Origin: Oopsacas minuta
Taxonomy: Eukaryota > Animalia > Porifera
Reading direction: 5' to 3'
DNA length: 64,000 nucleotides
NCBI GenBank assembly: GCA_024704765.1
Contig: JAKMXF010000302.1
Span: 186,001-250,000, forward strand
In this document: in pieces, positions 1-10,581 of the stretch
Layout: each line of letters starts with the position of its first letter
Position numbering within the stretch: the stretch's first letter is position 1
The notes under the pieces: model-generated
The model's database searches: none
What the model was told of the DNA's origin: nothing
Seen by the model: only the letters and a program-made list of their open reading frames with translations
Program-made: the position numbers and the translations under genes

Positions 1-1311
1 GTTTTGTGAGAGAAGAGATAGGTCGTAACCTAGCTCATCTTGTTTACAATATGCATTCATTAGTTCTAAAGAAGGTAGCGATACATTATATACACCATTC
101 TCACAGTACAGAATGTATCTGTAAGCTGAATTAGGATCTGTTATAATGTATGGAGGATTAGTGAATATATTCACAGTATTTTTAGTTGACTTATCTTCAG
201 GATTTAAGTCTACAACCTCTAGAAGGAATATTATATCATCAGGTGATTTCTCAGGGAGAGAGGTTGATGTTTGTGTGGGAGGAGTATTGAGGTGTACACA
301 GTGATATAACTTCCCTGGTGCAGTTACAATTACAAAACTAGGAACAGCTGATCGTAAACAGGCTATTTTGCATGGTTCATCCTCGTAGGATTCTGGAGGT
401 GATGGGTGTATTGGTAACGCATCTGAGTATGTAATCCCATCTCCTCTACCCATATCGATCTGACTTAAGTCCATAGATATGAAGTGTACATCTCCATTCC
501 CTAATAGGAGATAGAGTGACAGCCATTGACCTCCTGGTGTCTTACCAGAGCTAGGTATAGTGAAGTCAAATGATACAGGTTCATCACCCATAGCGTGAGA
601 TAGGGATATCGTAGTGGAGATTCCGGAGTTTGGGTTAGGGTTCAAGTTGTACATGCTGAGAGGTTCTAGAGTGTCTGTGGGTGAGAAAATCCGCAGATAA
701 CCGTCAGAGCAAAGTGTGAAAATAAGCATCGCTGAGAGTTCCACAGGAGAAAAGTGCACTTCCTTGATGTCTACCTTCCTACCCCTTGGCTTATCAGTAT
801 ATACTTGAATTTGATTACAACGTATAGTGGTTGAGAGAGGCTTAGTTAGATGATGAGAATAGGTACGAGCATCATAGATAAACTTAGGTAGACTGAGGAG
901 ATAAGCAGAATCCTTAGAGACTAGAATACAGAGAGATCCGTCTGGGGATAGAATTAGTTGAATGATCGTGGTTTGAGGTTCTGGAGAGAGACGGAGTATA
1001 GGCCAGTTTGGAGGAGATAAGATGTCTATTGTGACTAGTGAGACTGCATTAATCTCACGCTTAGAAGGGAACCACAGTAATAGGATTCCTTTACAAGAAG
1101 CTGTGAGATTGAGTATAGATGGTGCACATTGACTTTCCGAAGTAGTTGGTAGTATCGAGTATTTGAGAGAATTAAATATTTCATGACTTGATAGCTTGTC
1201 AGTCCAAGAAGAGAAATCGGACTCTGAAATACTCGAACGAACAGAACGCTGGAACATATCTCCTGATGGAGTATTGAGGCTGTTAATAGGTGCAGTCAGA
1301 GAGTCAGACAT
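1..1311 (-). CDS. NUP88: Nucleoporin Nup88, N-terminal beta-propeller part; runs off the left edge of the window
   Basis: Not in the ORF track because there is no stop in the window. Manual translation from ATG at 1311 stays open to base 1. It contains LSPDGSLCILV, MGDEPVSFDF, LYLLLGNGDVH, LPIHPSPPESYEDEPCKIACL, PGKLYHCVHL and DPNSAYRY, collinear with human NUP88 (LGETAVAFDF, LYILYENGETF, LPMHPAAEDNYG, SGMLYHCVVL, DPKCPSRY). Confidence 0.85.
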   Translation of the reverse strand, partial: MSDSLTAPINSLNTPSGDMFQRSVRSSISESDFSSWTDKLSSHEIFNSLKYSILPTTSESQCAPSILNLTASCKGILLLWFPSKREINAVSLVTIDILSPPNWPILRLSPEPQTTIIQLILSPDGSLCILVSKDSAYLLSLPKFIYDARTYSHHLTKPLSTTIRCNQIQVYTDKPRGRKVDIKEVHFSPVELSAMLIFTLCSDGYLRIFSPTDTLEPLSMYNLNPNPNSGISTTISLSHAMGDEPVSFDFTIPSSGKTPGGQWLSLYLLLGNGDVHFISMDLSQIDMGRGDGITYSDALPIHPSPPESYEDEPCKIACLRSAVPSFVIVTAPGKLYHCVHLNTPPTQTSTSLPEKSPDDIIFLLEVVDLNPEDKSTKNTVNIFTNPPYIITDPNSAYRYILYCENGVYNVSLPSLELMNAYCKQDELGYDLSLLSQN

Positions 1312-1413
1312 AACCTATGAATATATCTAACAAATTTTAAAATTAGTTAATTAATATTTCGGTTCAGTTCTTAGTGAATACATTATTTTATTACTGAAAT
1401 AAATTTAATTCTT

Positions 1414-1749
1414 TTATTCTCTAATTACAAATACTTGATCTATATATCTTTCTGGGACTATAAGGATGGAATGTTTTCGTTTCTTTTTAGAATCTCCTAG
1501 CTGGTCTATACTCTGATACTCATCGCACTTCTCTAGAATTATGTTTAGAGCATTGTCTGTACAATGGAACTTCCCCTTCAATACCCTACCATCTTTAGCT
1601 AGTATAACCATCTTCTTGCTGAGTAGTGACCTTATGTAATCACGCCCTGTAAGTGGTTTAGAAATATGTTCTGTTTTATCATCTGTACTATTGGTGGTAG
1701 TAGTATCAGTGGTATTTGTCCCTACTATGTGCTCGTCTTGATTGCTCAT
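1414..1749 (-). CDS. NAA38: NatC auxiliary subunit NAA38 (LSMD1), Sm-fold protein
   Basis: Sm1 motif LLSKKMVILAKDGRVLKGKFHCTDNALNIILEKCDEY with the NAA38-type F-x-CTD signature, and an Sm2-like ILIVPERYI. Confidence 0.75.
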   Translation of the reverse strand: MSNQDEHIVGTNTTDTTTTNSTDDKTEHISKPLTGRDYIRSLLSKKMVILAKDGRVLKGKFHCTDNALNIILEKCDEYQSIDQLGDSKKKRKHSILIVPERYIDQVFVIRE

Positions 1750-1839
1750 TGCTAATTGTAAATAAAAATATACAAATTTAATAATACCTATCTTATATAT
1801 GTAAGTTATACGTTCATGAGCTATCTACAGTACAATTGA

Positions 1840-2847
1840 ATGAGTATATACGAAGAGAGTGCTTTAGAGATCCAGCTTACAGCAGAACTCCTGCTACTGA
1901 GAGGAGGGAAGAGAGCAGAGCTTCTCGGGCCAGTAGCATCAGTATTCAGCTCTCTATCCAGGTGTCTGGACAGCGCTATAGCTAACAGCAAGACTCTACT
2001 CATTAGCATCCAATCTGTACTAGACTTCCTCAGATCTTCACATGTATCAGGATCATATAACAAACGAGAACAAGCTAGGATAGTAGACCTGTTGACTAGC
2101 TCAGCTATCTATCTCATAGAGCATTCAGCTCATGCTGCTTATCACGTGGGTGTACGCTCCTCTGGGAGTAAGCGCGCTGTCATGGGTGTTATTGATTTGT
2201 ATCGTATAAGTAAGGCTAGGTACCTTGTTAACAGATGTATACGTCAGCTGACAGAAGGAGAGACCAGTGAAGACGGAGTAGGGATACTAGCAACTGGAAT
2301 AAGCAGATGTGTAGCTGAAAATGTCTGTGTATTCGTTAGAACATGTTCTCGTGCTGCTGAACACGAGCTAGTGCCTTCAAATAAGCGAGAGCAGTTAGGT
2401 TTGCTAGCTCAATCTATACAGGCATGTTCTGCTTCATTCTTAACTTCACTCAAATCTCTATGCAGTGAGAAAGATGGTCATATTTGTATTCTATTCAGTA
2501 GACCGTTACTTGCGGCACTTGACACATGTATAGACTATCTGGTAGAAGCAGGAGATGTATTGTTAGGACAACCAGCTCAGCTGAGTGCAGAAGGACAAAA
2601 TATACAACTCAAGATCCTAGGCATAGCAATGTCAGTTGTTTCTGGTTGTGCGAAATTCTTGTCAACAGCCGCGAAACTTGAATCAAAGGAGGTTAAGGAC
2701 AATAGATGGCATCAGTTGTTGAAATGCCAAATCGCGGTTACTGACTCCTCAAACATGTTAACTTCCCTACTACAAGATCAAGCTCCTTCTCCAGCCAAGA
2801 ATATACAGCACAAATCTCAAAATTCTCAAATAAAAGCTCTCTACTAG
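1840..2847 (+). CDS. TLNRD1: Talin rod domain-containing protein 1 (MESDC1)
   Basis: CILFSRPLL, LLGQPAQLSAEGQNIQLKILGIAMSVVSGC and CQIAVTDSSNML match the TLNRD1 C-terminal helical bundle ([30 protein letters not shown]). Confidence 0.85.
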   Translation: MSIYEESALEIQLTAELLLLRGGKRAELLGPVASVFSSLSRCLDSAIANSKTLLISIQSVLDFLRSSHVSGSYNKREQARIVDLLTSSAIYLIEHSAHAAYHVGVRSSGSKRAVMGVIDLYRISKARYLVNRCIRQLTEGETSEDGVGILATGISRCVAENVCVFVRTCSRAAEHELVPSNKREQLGLLAQSIQACSASFLTSLKSLCSEKDGHICILFSRPLLAALDTCIDYLVEAGDVLLGQPAQLSAEGQNIQLKILGIAMSVVSGCAKFLSTAAKLESKEVKDNRWHQLLKCQIAVTDSSNMLTSLLQDQAPSPAKNIQHKSQNSQIKALY

Positions 2848-2962
2848 CTTATTATAATATCTAATGGCAACTATATTTTCTTATAATAACTTTATATTAT
2901 TCTTATATTTGATATCAAATTTATTCTATAAATATATTTATTGGATATTTTATTTGTGTAAA

Positions 2963-4297
2963 CTAGAATTGATGTGTACTAGAGTTATTCGATTCGTATA
3001 CTACACATCCCCGTATAACGACAGTCTCAATCATAGAGTCAGTTTCACCGAACTGATATATGAGATGCTCCCATCTCTCTGCGGCTAGTATCAACAAATT
3101 CGCGTACTTTCCAGGCTCCAAACTTCCGTGTTTATCACTCTTCTTAAGCGCAGCTGCAGCATTAATAGTACTAGCAACTAATGCTTCCTCCATGCTCAAG
3201 TTCAATAGCACACATGCTAAATGCATAACCATAGGCATGTTCATGCAATAGGCATTAGGATTGAAATCACTTCCTAAAGCAATGGCTACTCCTTTCTCTA
3301 GCATGAGTCTAGCTGGTGGGCGCTTTAGACGCAGAATATAGGCAGTAGTTGGTAATAATATAGCTATAGTAGAAGATTTGGCAATTGCTTGTATTCCTTC
3401 AGGAGAAATCTCTTCTAAGTGACTAACGGCACATGAGTTAAGTTCTGCGGCTAATTCCGCGGAATTTGTCGGGTTAAGTTCATCTCCATGGAAATTTATA
3501 TTCAATCCTATATCAACACCAGCCTTTAGTATTTTTCTTGTTTCTACTATGTCAAATACTCCTTTCTCACAGAACACATCAATATTATCAATATTAAGTT
3601 CTCCTTTATAAATAAGCTCCTTTAGAGCTGGTATTTGGTTAGCGATTACGTCATTGCTTGCTTCTTGTAGTGACATTGATTTCGGTATTGTATGTGCTCC
3701 ACAGTAAGTGGAAGATATTTCAATTGGCTGAGCGGATTTCCCGCTTTCTATCACCTCCAGCATCTTAATCTCATTCTGGGTATCAAGTCCATATCCACTT
3801 TTAGCTTCTAGCAGAGTGGTACCATGACGTAGCATCTTTCTGAGTCTGTTCATGAACAGAGACAAGAGATAATCTTTGGTAGCTTCGTGTGTCTTATCTA
3901 CTGTATGGTGTATACCCCCTCCTTTCTCATGTACTTCTAGATAAGTAGCTCCCGCTAGCTTCATAGCAAACTCATGTACTCTGTCTCCTGCCCAGACTGG
4001 GTGTGTATGTGCATCTACTAATCCGGGAATTACACACTTACCCGTTGCATCAATATTTCTACGAAATGTAACGCCAGAGTACTTTATATCAGCATCTATA
4101 TCTAAGCAGACATCAGCTATTATACCTGCGTTATCGACTATTATAGAAACTCCACTGTTATCAGTTCTATCTACTACAGCAATATTCTTCATCTCAGAAC
4201 CTTTTAGCATCAGCTGTCTGTTTCTACATATCTGTACTACCTGTTTAGCGTTACGTATCCTAAGGAGATATTCTCCTGTCATCTTACTAGCGGCCAT
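2963..4297 (-). CDS. AMDHD1: Imidazolonepropionase (histidine catabolism, HutI-type)
   Basis: PGLVDAHTHPV metal motif, EAKSGYGL, DVFCEKGVF, FHGDEL, SHLEE, ALGSDFNPN; intronless. Confidence 0.97.
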   Translation of the reverse strand: MAASKMTGEYLLRIRNAKQVVQICRNRQLMLKGSEMKNIAVVDRTDNSGVSIIVDNAGIIADVCLDIDADIKYSGVTFRRNIDATGKCVIPGLVDAHTHPVWAGDRVHEFAMKLAGATYLEVHEKGGGIHHTVDKTHEATKDYLLSLFMNRLRKMLRHGTTLLEAKSGYGLDTQNEIKMLEVIESGKSAQPIEISSTYCGAHTIPKSMSLQEASNDVIANQIPALKELIYKGELNIDNIDVFCEKGVFDIVETRKILKAGVDIGLNINFHGDELNPTNSAELAAELNSCAVSHLEEISPEGIQAIAKSSTIAILLPTTAYILRLKRPPARLMLEKGVAIALGSDFNPNAYCMNMPMVMHLACVLLNLSMEEALVASTINAAAALKKSDKHGSLEPGKYANLLILAAERWEHLIYQFGETDSMIETVVIRGCVVYESNNSSTHQF

Positions 4298-4428
4298 TAA
4301 AATGATTTGCTCGCCTCTAATGCAGTGCTACTGTGTGAATATCTAATTTTGTTATAAAGTCTGTAGTAGATATTTTATAATTTTACTGAAATGATCGATA
4401 ATATAGCCTAAAAATATGTTAATTGAAT

Positions 4429-7400
4429 CTATTTGAACCTGTCTAGTACTGAATAGTTCCCTTCTAAGATCCGTTTCTTTTTTAGGATTGCGTTTTTTCT
4501 TGCTTCTTTCTGTTTCTTGAAAGATATTTCTTGTTTTTTCGCTCTCTTCTCCATCGTGTTTATCTGTTTTAATGCTCCTGACTTTCCTCTCTTCCTAAAG
4601 TCGGCTCTTTTTGCGGTTTTTACCGCCTCTTCTTCTTTCTGTTTCAACATTACCAGTTCCTCTTGAGTCATATCAGCTATATTTTTAATACTATCAGCTT
4701 TTAAAGAGATCAATTCAGACTGAATCTTTTCTAACAACATTTTAACTTCATGCTCTCTTCTCTGTGACTTTGTCTGATAAGGATTAGCTTCTAAAGAATC
4801 TATATTAGGTTCTGCTGATCCAGGAATAAGTATACTAGAAAACCCAGCACCATGTCCAATACCTAGAACATCTTCATACGGACAGAACTCTATGGAGTTT
4901 ATTACGTCATCACAGTAGTGCTTCATGAATGGTGTATGTAAATCCTTGGAGAATGGTTCATGATATGTAACTATCTAATGGATAATATTATAATACATAT
5001 ACGTAATAATACGAGCATATTACTAGTTACCTTCCTGCCAGAACCAATTGCCAGTATATTCCTCTGGCTCAAACACATTGTAGTTGCAGGAGAGAATGTT
5101 TTAATCTCTCCTAAACTCTTGTAAGTTCTCACATCCCATATACGGACCTTAGAATCTACACCCCCAGTTATCATGTACTGTCCATCACTATCTATCACCA
5201 TTGATTTGATAGGTCCTCTATGACATAGCATCTTAACCAATGGTTCAGGTGTATTAGGACTCCATAGGGTAACAGTACCGTTAGAATGTCCTACATGGAC
5301 TATCCCGTTGTGAGTATTATGAGTCAAACAGTGTGTACGACCTAAACGTGTACAGATGCTAGCTATCTGTTCTCCAGTAGAAGTATCCGTGTACTGTAGG
5401 AACCCTCTCTTATTGACAGATACGAGCAGAAAATGGTAAGGAAGGAAGTCTAATCCACACACCTGATGGTGTGTCTTTAAACAATGTAGTTCTATGCCTT
5501 GTTTATCATAGATGTATACATATCTAGATAAACATACAAATTAATAAATTATTATACAAACTTGGAATATAGATGCTGTGCCTAAGAATCGCGGTCAGAC
5601 GCAGACTAGTGAGCTCATTACGAGCTCATTACCGTGCTGTGAGTACTACTTCCTCATTGCTGTCTACTCAGAAGAATAAACACGTATATAGTGAGGTTGT
5701 AGAGGGTGGAGTTCTGGTGATACGTATGGATACACAGGGGAGTAAAGTTAACACGTTATCACCGGAGTTCAGTAGCGAACTTATAGCCGAAATGGAGACA
5801 GGTTTGAGACGAGATGACGTCAATTCTGCGGTTCTTATCAGCTCAAAACCTGGTACCTTTATAGCAGGAGCAGACATAGCCTGGCTAGATCAAGCGAGTA
5901 GTCATGAAGAAATGAAAGAAATTTCACAGGGTGGACAAACAATGATTCAATCAATGGAGAGCAGTCATAAACCAGTTATAGCTGCTATAAACGGATCATG
6001 TTTAGGAGGTGGATTAGAGGTAGCACTCGGTTGTCACTACAGAATAGCAATGAATGAGTCTAAAACTAAATTAGGACTCCCTGAAGTTATGTTAGGCCTA
6101 CTACCCGGTGCTGGGGGTACACAGAGACTGCCTAGGCTGATCGGACTACAAGAAGCTTTACCTCTGCTACTGACTGGTAAACAGGTAAGATGACGTCATT
6201 AAATCTATAGTAATTAGTTATTATACATTATTTGTTTAGTTGAAAGCTGATAAGGCAAAAAGAATCGGTCTAGTAGATCAGCTGATACAGCCAATAGGTG
6301 CTGGTATCACAGATGCTACACAGAATAACATCAATTACTTAGAAACCGTTGCTATACAAACAGCCAAGAATTTAGCCTCAGGGAAACAGAAGCTACCAGA
6401 GAGAACTAAGTCTTGGATGAGTATGAAAGGATTAATGTTTAATTTGATAACACATACTAAATACGGTCGTAACTATGCATTGGATCAAGGTAGGAAGATG
6501 GTTATGAAACAAACACAGGGTGTGTATCCTGCTCCGCTAAAGATATTAGACGTCACTAAAGTAGGTTTAGAGAAGGGAGGAGTAGAGGGGTACGATGCTG
6601 AATCTGATGGGTTCGCTACCTTGGGAATGACACCACATTCCAAAGCACTGAAAAGTATATTTTTCGCACAAACTGAGAGTAAGAAGAATCGTTTTGGACC
6701 TCCGAAGAAATCCGCAAAAAATATCGCGGTTTTAGGTGCTGGTCTAATGGGAGCAGGGATAGCTCAAGTGAGTATCGATAAAGCTATGAAAGTGATATTA
6801 AAAGATACAAATACTCAAGGCATAACTCGCGGTTATCAGCAGATATATAAGGGTATGAATCAGCGAACAAAGAGAAGGTCTATCACAAGTTTTCAGCGAG
6901 ATCAAATAATGTCAAATTTGGCTACACAAACAGATTACAGTCAATTCAACGGTATGGACATGATAATAGAAGCTGTATTTGAAGATATAAATCTTAAACA
7001 TATTGTACTCAAGGAGTGTGAAGCTAACACATCAGCTGATTGTATATTCGCTAGTAACACCTCAGCTCTTCCTATTACAGAGATAGCTGCAATCAGTAGT
7101 AGACCTGAAAATGTAGTAGGTATGCATTACTTCAGTCCTGTAGATAAAATGCCCTTATTGGAGATAATAACCACAAAGAAAACTTCAAAGGAAGCTGCCT
7201 CAATGGCAGTAGACGTAGGACTAAGACAAGGTAAGACTGTTATCGTGGTTGGAGATGGACCGGGTTTCTATACAACTAGGATATTAGCTCCTATGTTAGC
7301 GGAGTGTCTCTCTCTATTTCAGGAGGGTGTAAACCCTCATGATCTTGACAACTATACTAAATCCTTTGGCTGGCCAGTTGGCATGGCAACACTAGCAGAT

Positions 7401-9863
7401 GAGGTAGGCATAGACGTAGCTTATCACGTGTCTAAGGATATGTTGAAAAGATTTGGGCCTAGAATAGGAGGAGCAGACATAGGACTGCTAGAAGCACTCT
7501 TTAATGCTGGATATCTAGGTAGGAAGGCTGGTAAGGGAGTATATGTATATTCTGATAAGAGTAAAGATAGGAAAATTAATGAAGGAGCTGAAGCTATACT
7601 GAAGCAGTTCAGCAGACAGACTAAAGGTAGTATTGAAAAGGAAGAAGTGCAGTGGAGAATTGCTTCCAGATTCATTAACGAGGCTATTTATACCCTCCAG
7701 GAGGAGATCCTCAGCTCCCCTACTGATGGAGATCTAGGCGCTATTTTCGGACTTGGTTTTCCGCCGTTCCACGGAGGTCCATTCAGATTTATTGACACAA
7801 TTGGAGCTAACAAATTTCTAACCAAGATGATGACCTTTAGAGATGTATACGGTGAACAATTTGAACCAGCTCCACTGCTGGTAGATATGGCTAAGAACAA
7901 CAAGAGATTCCATCCAAACTGATCCGTTGTCAAGCATGACAGATACATATCTATGTGATAGTCAATTATTTAGGTTAGGACAGGAATGTTTATCGATATA
8001 TTATTAGCTAATTAAACTCTACTACATTCTTGGCATCTATATTTTACGGGTAAGCACGTATATACCTGATAACAAGTAATAATAATTATACCACGTCAAC
8101 AATAATGAATGAGATTTCTTTTACTGAATTAGTGTCTAAGTCGAAATCTATAATAAATTACCCTACAAATATAATGATATAACTTACAAACTATATTCTC
8201 ATTATTAACCATTAACTTAACACAACTTCATTAAAATCCAGAATTTACTGACTTCCATTCCAACAATCTTATTAGAGTTTTTCAACGTATAATATTTGCA
8301 ATAATCATCAATAATGTCAATTAAGAGATTTATATCAAATCAATCCCGGAATATTCATCATTCTAGAAATGCGCAAACACAAAATAAACAAGATATAAGC
8401 GTCAACTCTAAAATACCCAGTGAAGGAAAACAGAATCGCTACCATCTCTATATGTCATACGCCTGTCCTTTTGCTCACAGAGCAATGCTTGTACGATCTT
8501 TGAAAGGCCTAGATAAGGTTATATCAGCTTCTGCACTGTGGGTAGATAATGAGAGTCGTTATATATTCTCTGGTAATCCAGATGAAGGTTCCATCGACCC
8601 ATATAATAAGAAGAAGACTCTAATGGATGTTTATAAGATGAATAAATTCAAAAGTAAAGCTACAGTACCAGCTCTATTCGATATTAATTCTAACAGAATC
8701 ATTAACAACAAAAGTGCAGAGATAATGCGTATGTTCAATTCTTCATTTAACGAATTCGCAGAATATCCTAATCATGATTTCTACCCCTGTAATCTTAGGA
8801 AGACGATAGATTCAACTAGCGAATGGATACACAGAGATATCAACAAGGGGGTTTATTCGGTGGGAGCTGCTATAAGACAGATAATATATGATAAACAAGT
8901 TGGCAAAGTATTTGAAGCGTTAGATAAGGCAGAAGAAATATTGTCTAAACAGAGATATATGTGTGGGGATATATTAACTGAAGCTGATTTGAAGTTATTC
9001 CCTAGCCTGATACGATTTGATTCCATCTACTACACGTTATTTTATTGCAACAAGAAAATGTTGAGAGAATATGAACATTTATCTGGCTATATGAGGGAGA
9101 TATACCAAATACCAGGAGTTGAAAGTACGGTTAGCACGGAGCATATCAAGGCAATCTATATGAAGTATCGTAAAGATAATAATCCCAGGAGAATTATACC
9201 AATTGGACCTACAGTTGATTTACACTCTCCCCATGGGAGAGACCATATTTAGGGAAGAAAAATGTTGTAACAATAAATGTATTATCATTCTTAACCATTT
9301 AATTAAATAACTTACTTTTTCTGTGCAACTGCAAACATGTTTTCATTGTGTAAGTACTGAACATCTCTTACAGTCTCCTTCAGTTGAAACTCACAGGTCA
9401 GTTTCTTAGACATCCAATCAATGGAGGCTATGTGTCCTCTGTTACCCCCTATCAAGAGGTAACGACCTGAACGTGAATAGTTTATATTATAAGGTCCGAG
9501 TTTAGGTAGTGTTAACTCGAATCTCTTACTAGCACTGATAAGATCAGATTGCTGTAGTATATCTTCTTGCGTTAGTCGTAGCGTTTTAGACTTTTCTATT
9601 TTCTCTAATTCTTCACTCGCTTTAACATGTGTATCAATATACCCAGCGGTTTCTGGAAGATGTGATTGGTAAAGATCCACCTCTTTGTCAACAGGTTTTG
9701 TCTTCTTGTGTACTTGCTTTGTTTGTTTGTAGTATTTTTTCGGTGTTTTCTTGTTGATTGATTTGTTTGCATTAAAATACCGTTGTTCTCCAAATTTGTA
9801 ACTTTTGCTTCTTTGTGATATTTTTTTCACATATTTCTGTTTCTTTTTGGTTTCTCTAGACAT
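4429..9863 (-). CDS. WDR46: WD repeat protein 46 (Utp7/BING4), SSU processome; 3 exons, intron 1 hosts two nested genes
   Basis: Exons 9863-9316, 5523-5031 and 4974-4429 (1587 nt, 528 aa). Donor AA|GTAAGT at 9315 and acceptor TCTAG at 5524 join [20 protein letters not shown], matching human [20 protein letters not shown]. Intron 2 (5030-4975, 56 bp) is GT-AG and in frame. BING4CT motif [12 protein letters not shown] is present. Confidence 0.93.
5573..7922 (+). CDS. HADHA: Mitochondrial trifunctional enzyme alpha subunit (enoyl-CoA hydratase / 3-hydroxyacyl-CoA dehydrogenase); nested in WDR46 intron 1
   Basis: Exons 5573-6184 and 6240-7922, joined by a 55 bp GT-AG intron. Arg-rich mitochondrial presequence; [43 protein letters not shown] and GMHYFSP. 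Confidence 0.97.
8314..9252 (+). CDS. Glutathionyl-hydroquinone reductase (YqjG/ECM4-type, Xi/omega-like GST); nested in WDR46 intron 1
   Basis: [55 protein letters not shown] and [10 protein letters not shown] follow GHR family motifs; intronless. Confidence 0.88.
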   Translation: MSIKRFISNQSRNIHHSRNAQTQNKQDISVNSKIPSEGKQNRYHLYMSYACPFAHRAMLVRSLKGLDKVISASALWVDNESRYIFSGNPDEGSIDPYNKKKTLMDVYKMNKFKSKATVPALFDINSNRIINNKSAEIMRMFNSSFNEFAEYPNHDFYPCNLRKTIDSTSEWIHRDINKGVYSVGAAIRQIIYDKQVGKVFEALDKAEEILSKQRYMCGDILTEADLKLFPSLIRFDSIYYTLFYCNKKMLREYEHLSGYMREIYQIPGVESTVSTEHIKAIYMKYRKDNNPRRIIPIGPTVDLHSPHGRDHI

Positions 9864-10581
9864 GTTGACTAAATATTTCAAAAATCACAAAAAATTAATT
9901 CATATTCCGTTGCATCTTATTATCACGGGTTTTGATATATGAAAAGTCTTTCTAATATTATTCTCCGTTATACAAACATACAAGCGTTTCTATAAATTAC
10001 ATTCACAATGTATTGAGTGCATTATTTTGCTTCAGAAGAGGAGTACAGATTTTTCAATTTTGCCAAATCAAGATACACACATTACTGAGGTTGTATTCTT
10101 TTAAATTAGTTTGTTATGACCTAATTAACACAGTGATAGTTCTAATTAATGATTAATTAGAATGTCGATGTAATCGCCAGAACTGTCCTCGAAACTCGTC
10201 TAATATGGTTAGATTTCCAACGAAATCAATAAATTTTACGCATCTCAGAAAGGAAATAAATATTACAATATTCACTGTATGATTTAATGATAAATTTGTA
10301 CATACATATATGGAAATGTACTAACTAGAACTATACTAATTCAAACATATGCAACATAGAATTGTATAGAAATATTTTCTATAGCGTAAACAGGGTGTAG
10401 AAGCCCAATGAGCTTAAGTAAAAAGGGAAAAAGAACTGTTTAAAAGTCTGTAATACATAAAATATAGTTACACGCATACCAATAAGAAGATAAAATATTT
10501 AGACATGAATACAAAATAGGATAAATCAATGAATACGGGCTTAATCTTAGTGATATAAATTTAAAACAACCAAAAACAAAA

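Noticed and set aside
4429-5462. WDR46 and GON4L fragments as pseudogenes or split genes
   Set aside because: Canonical in-phase GT-AG sites restore complete, collinear proteins without stops.
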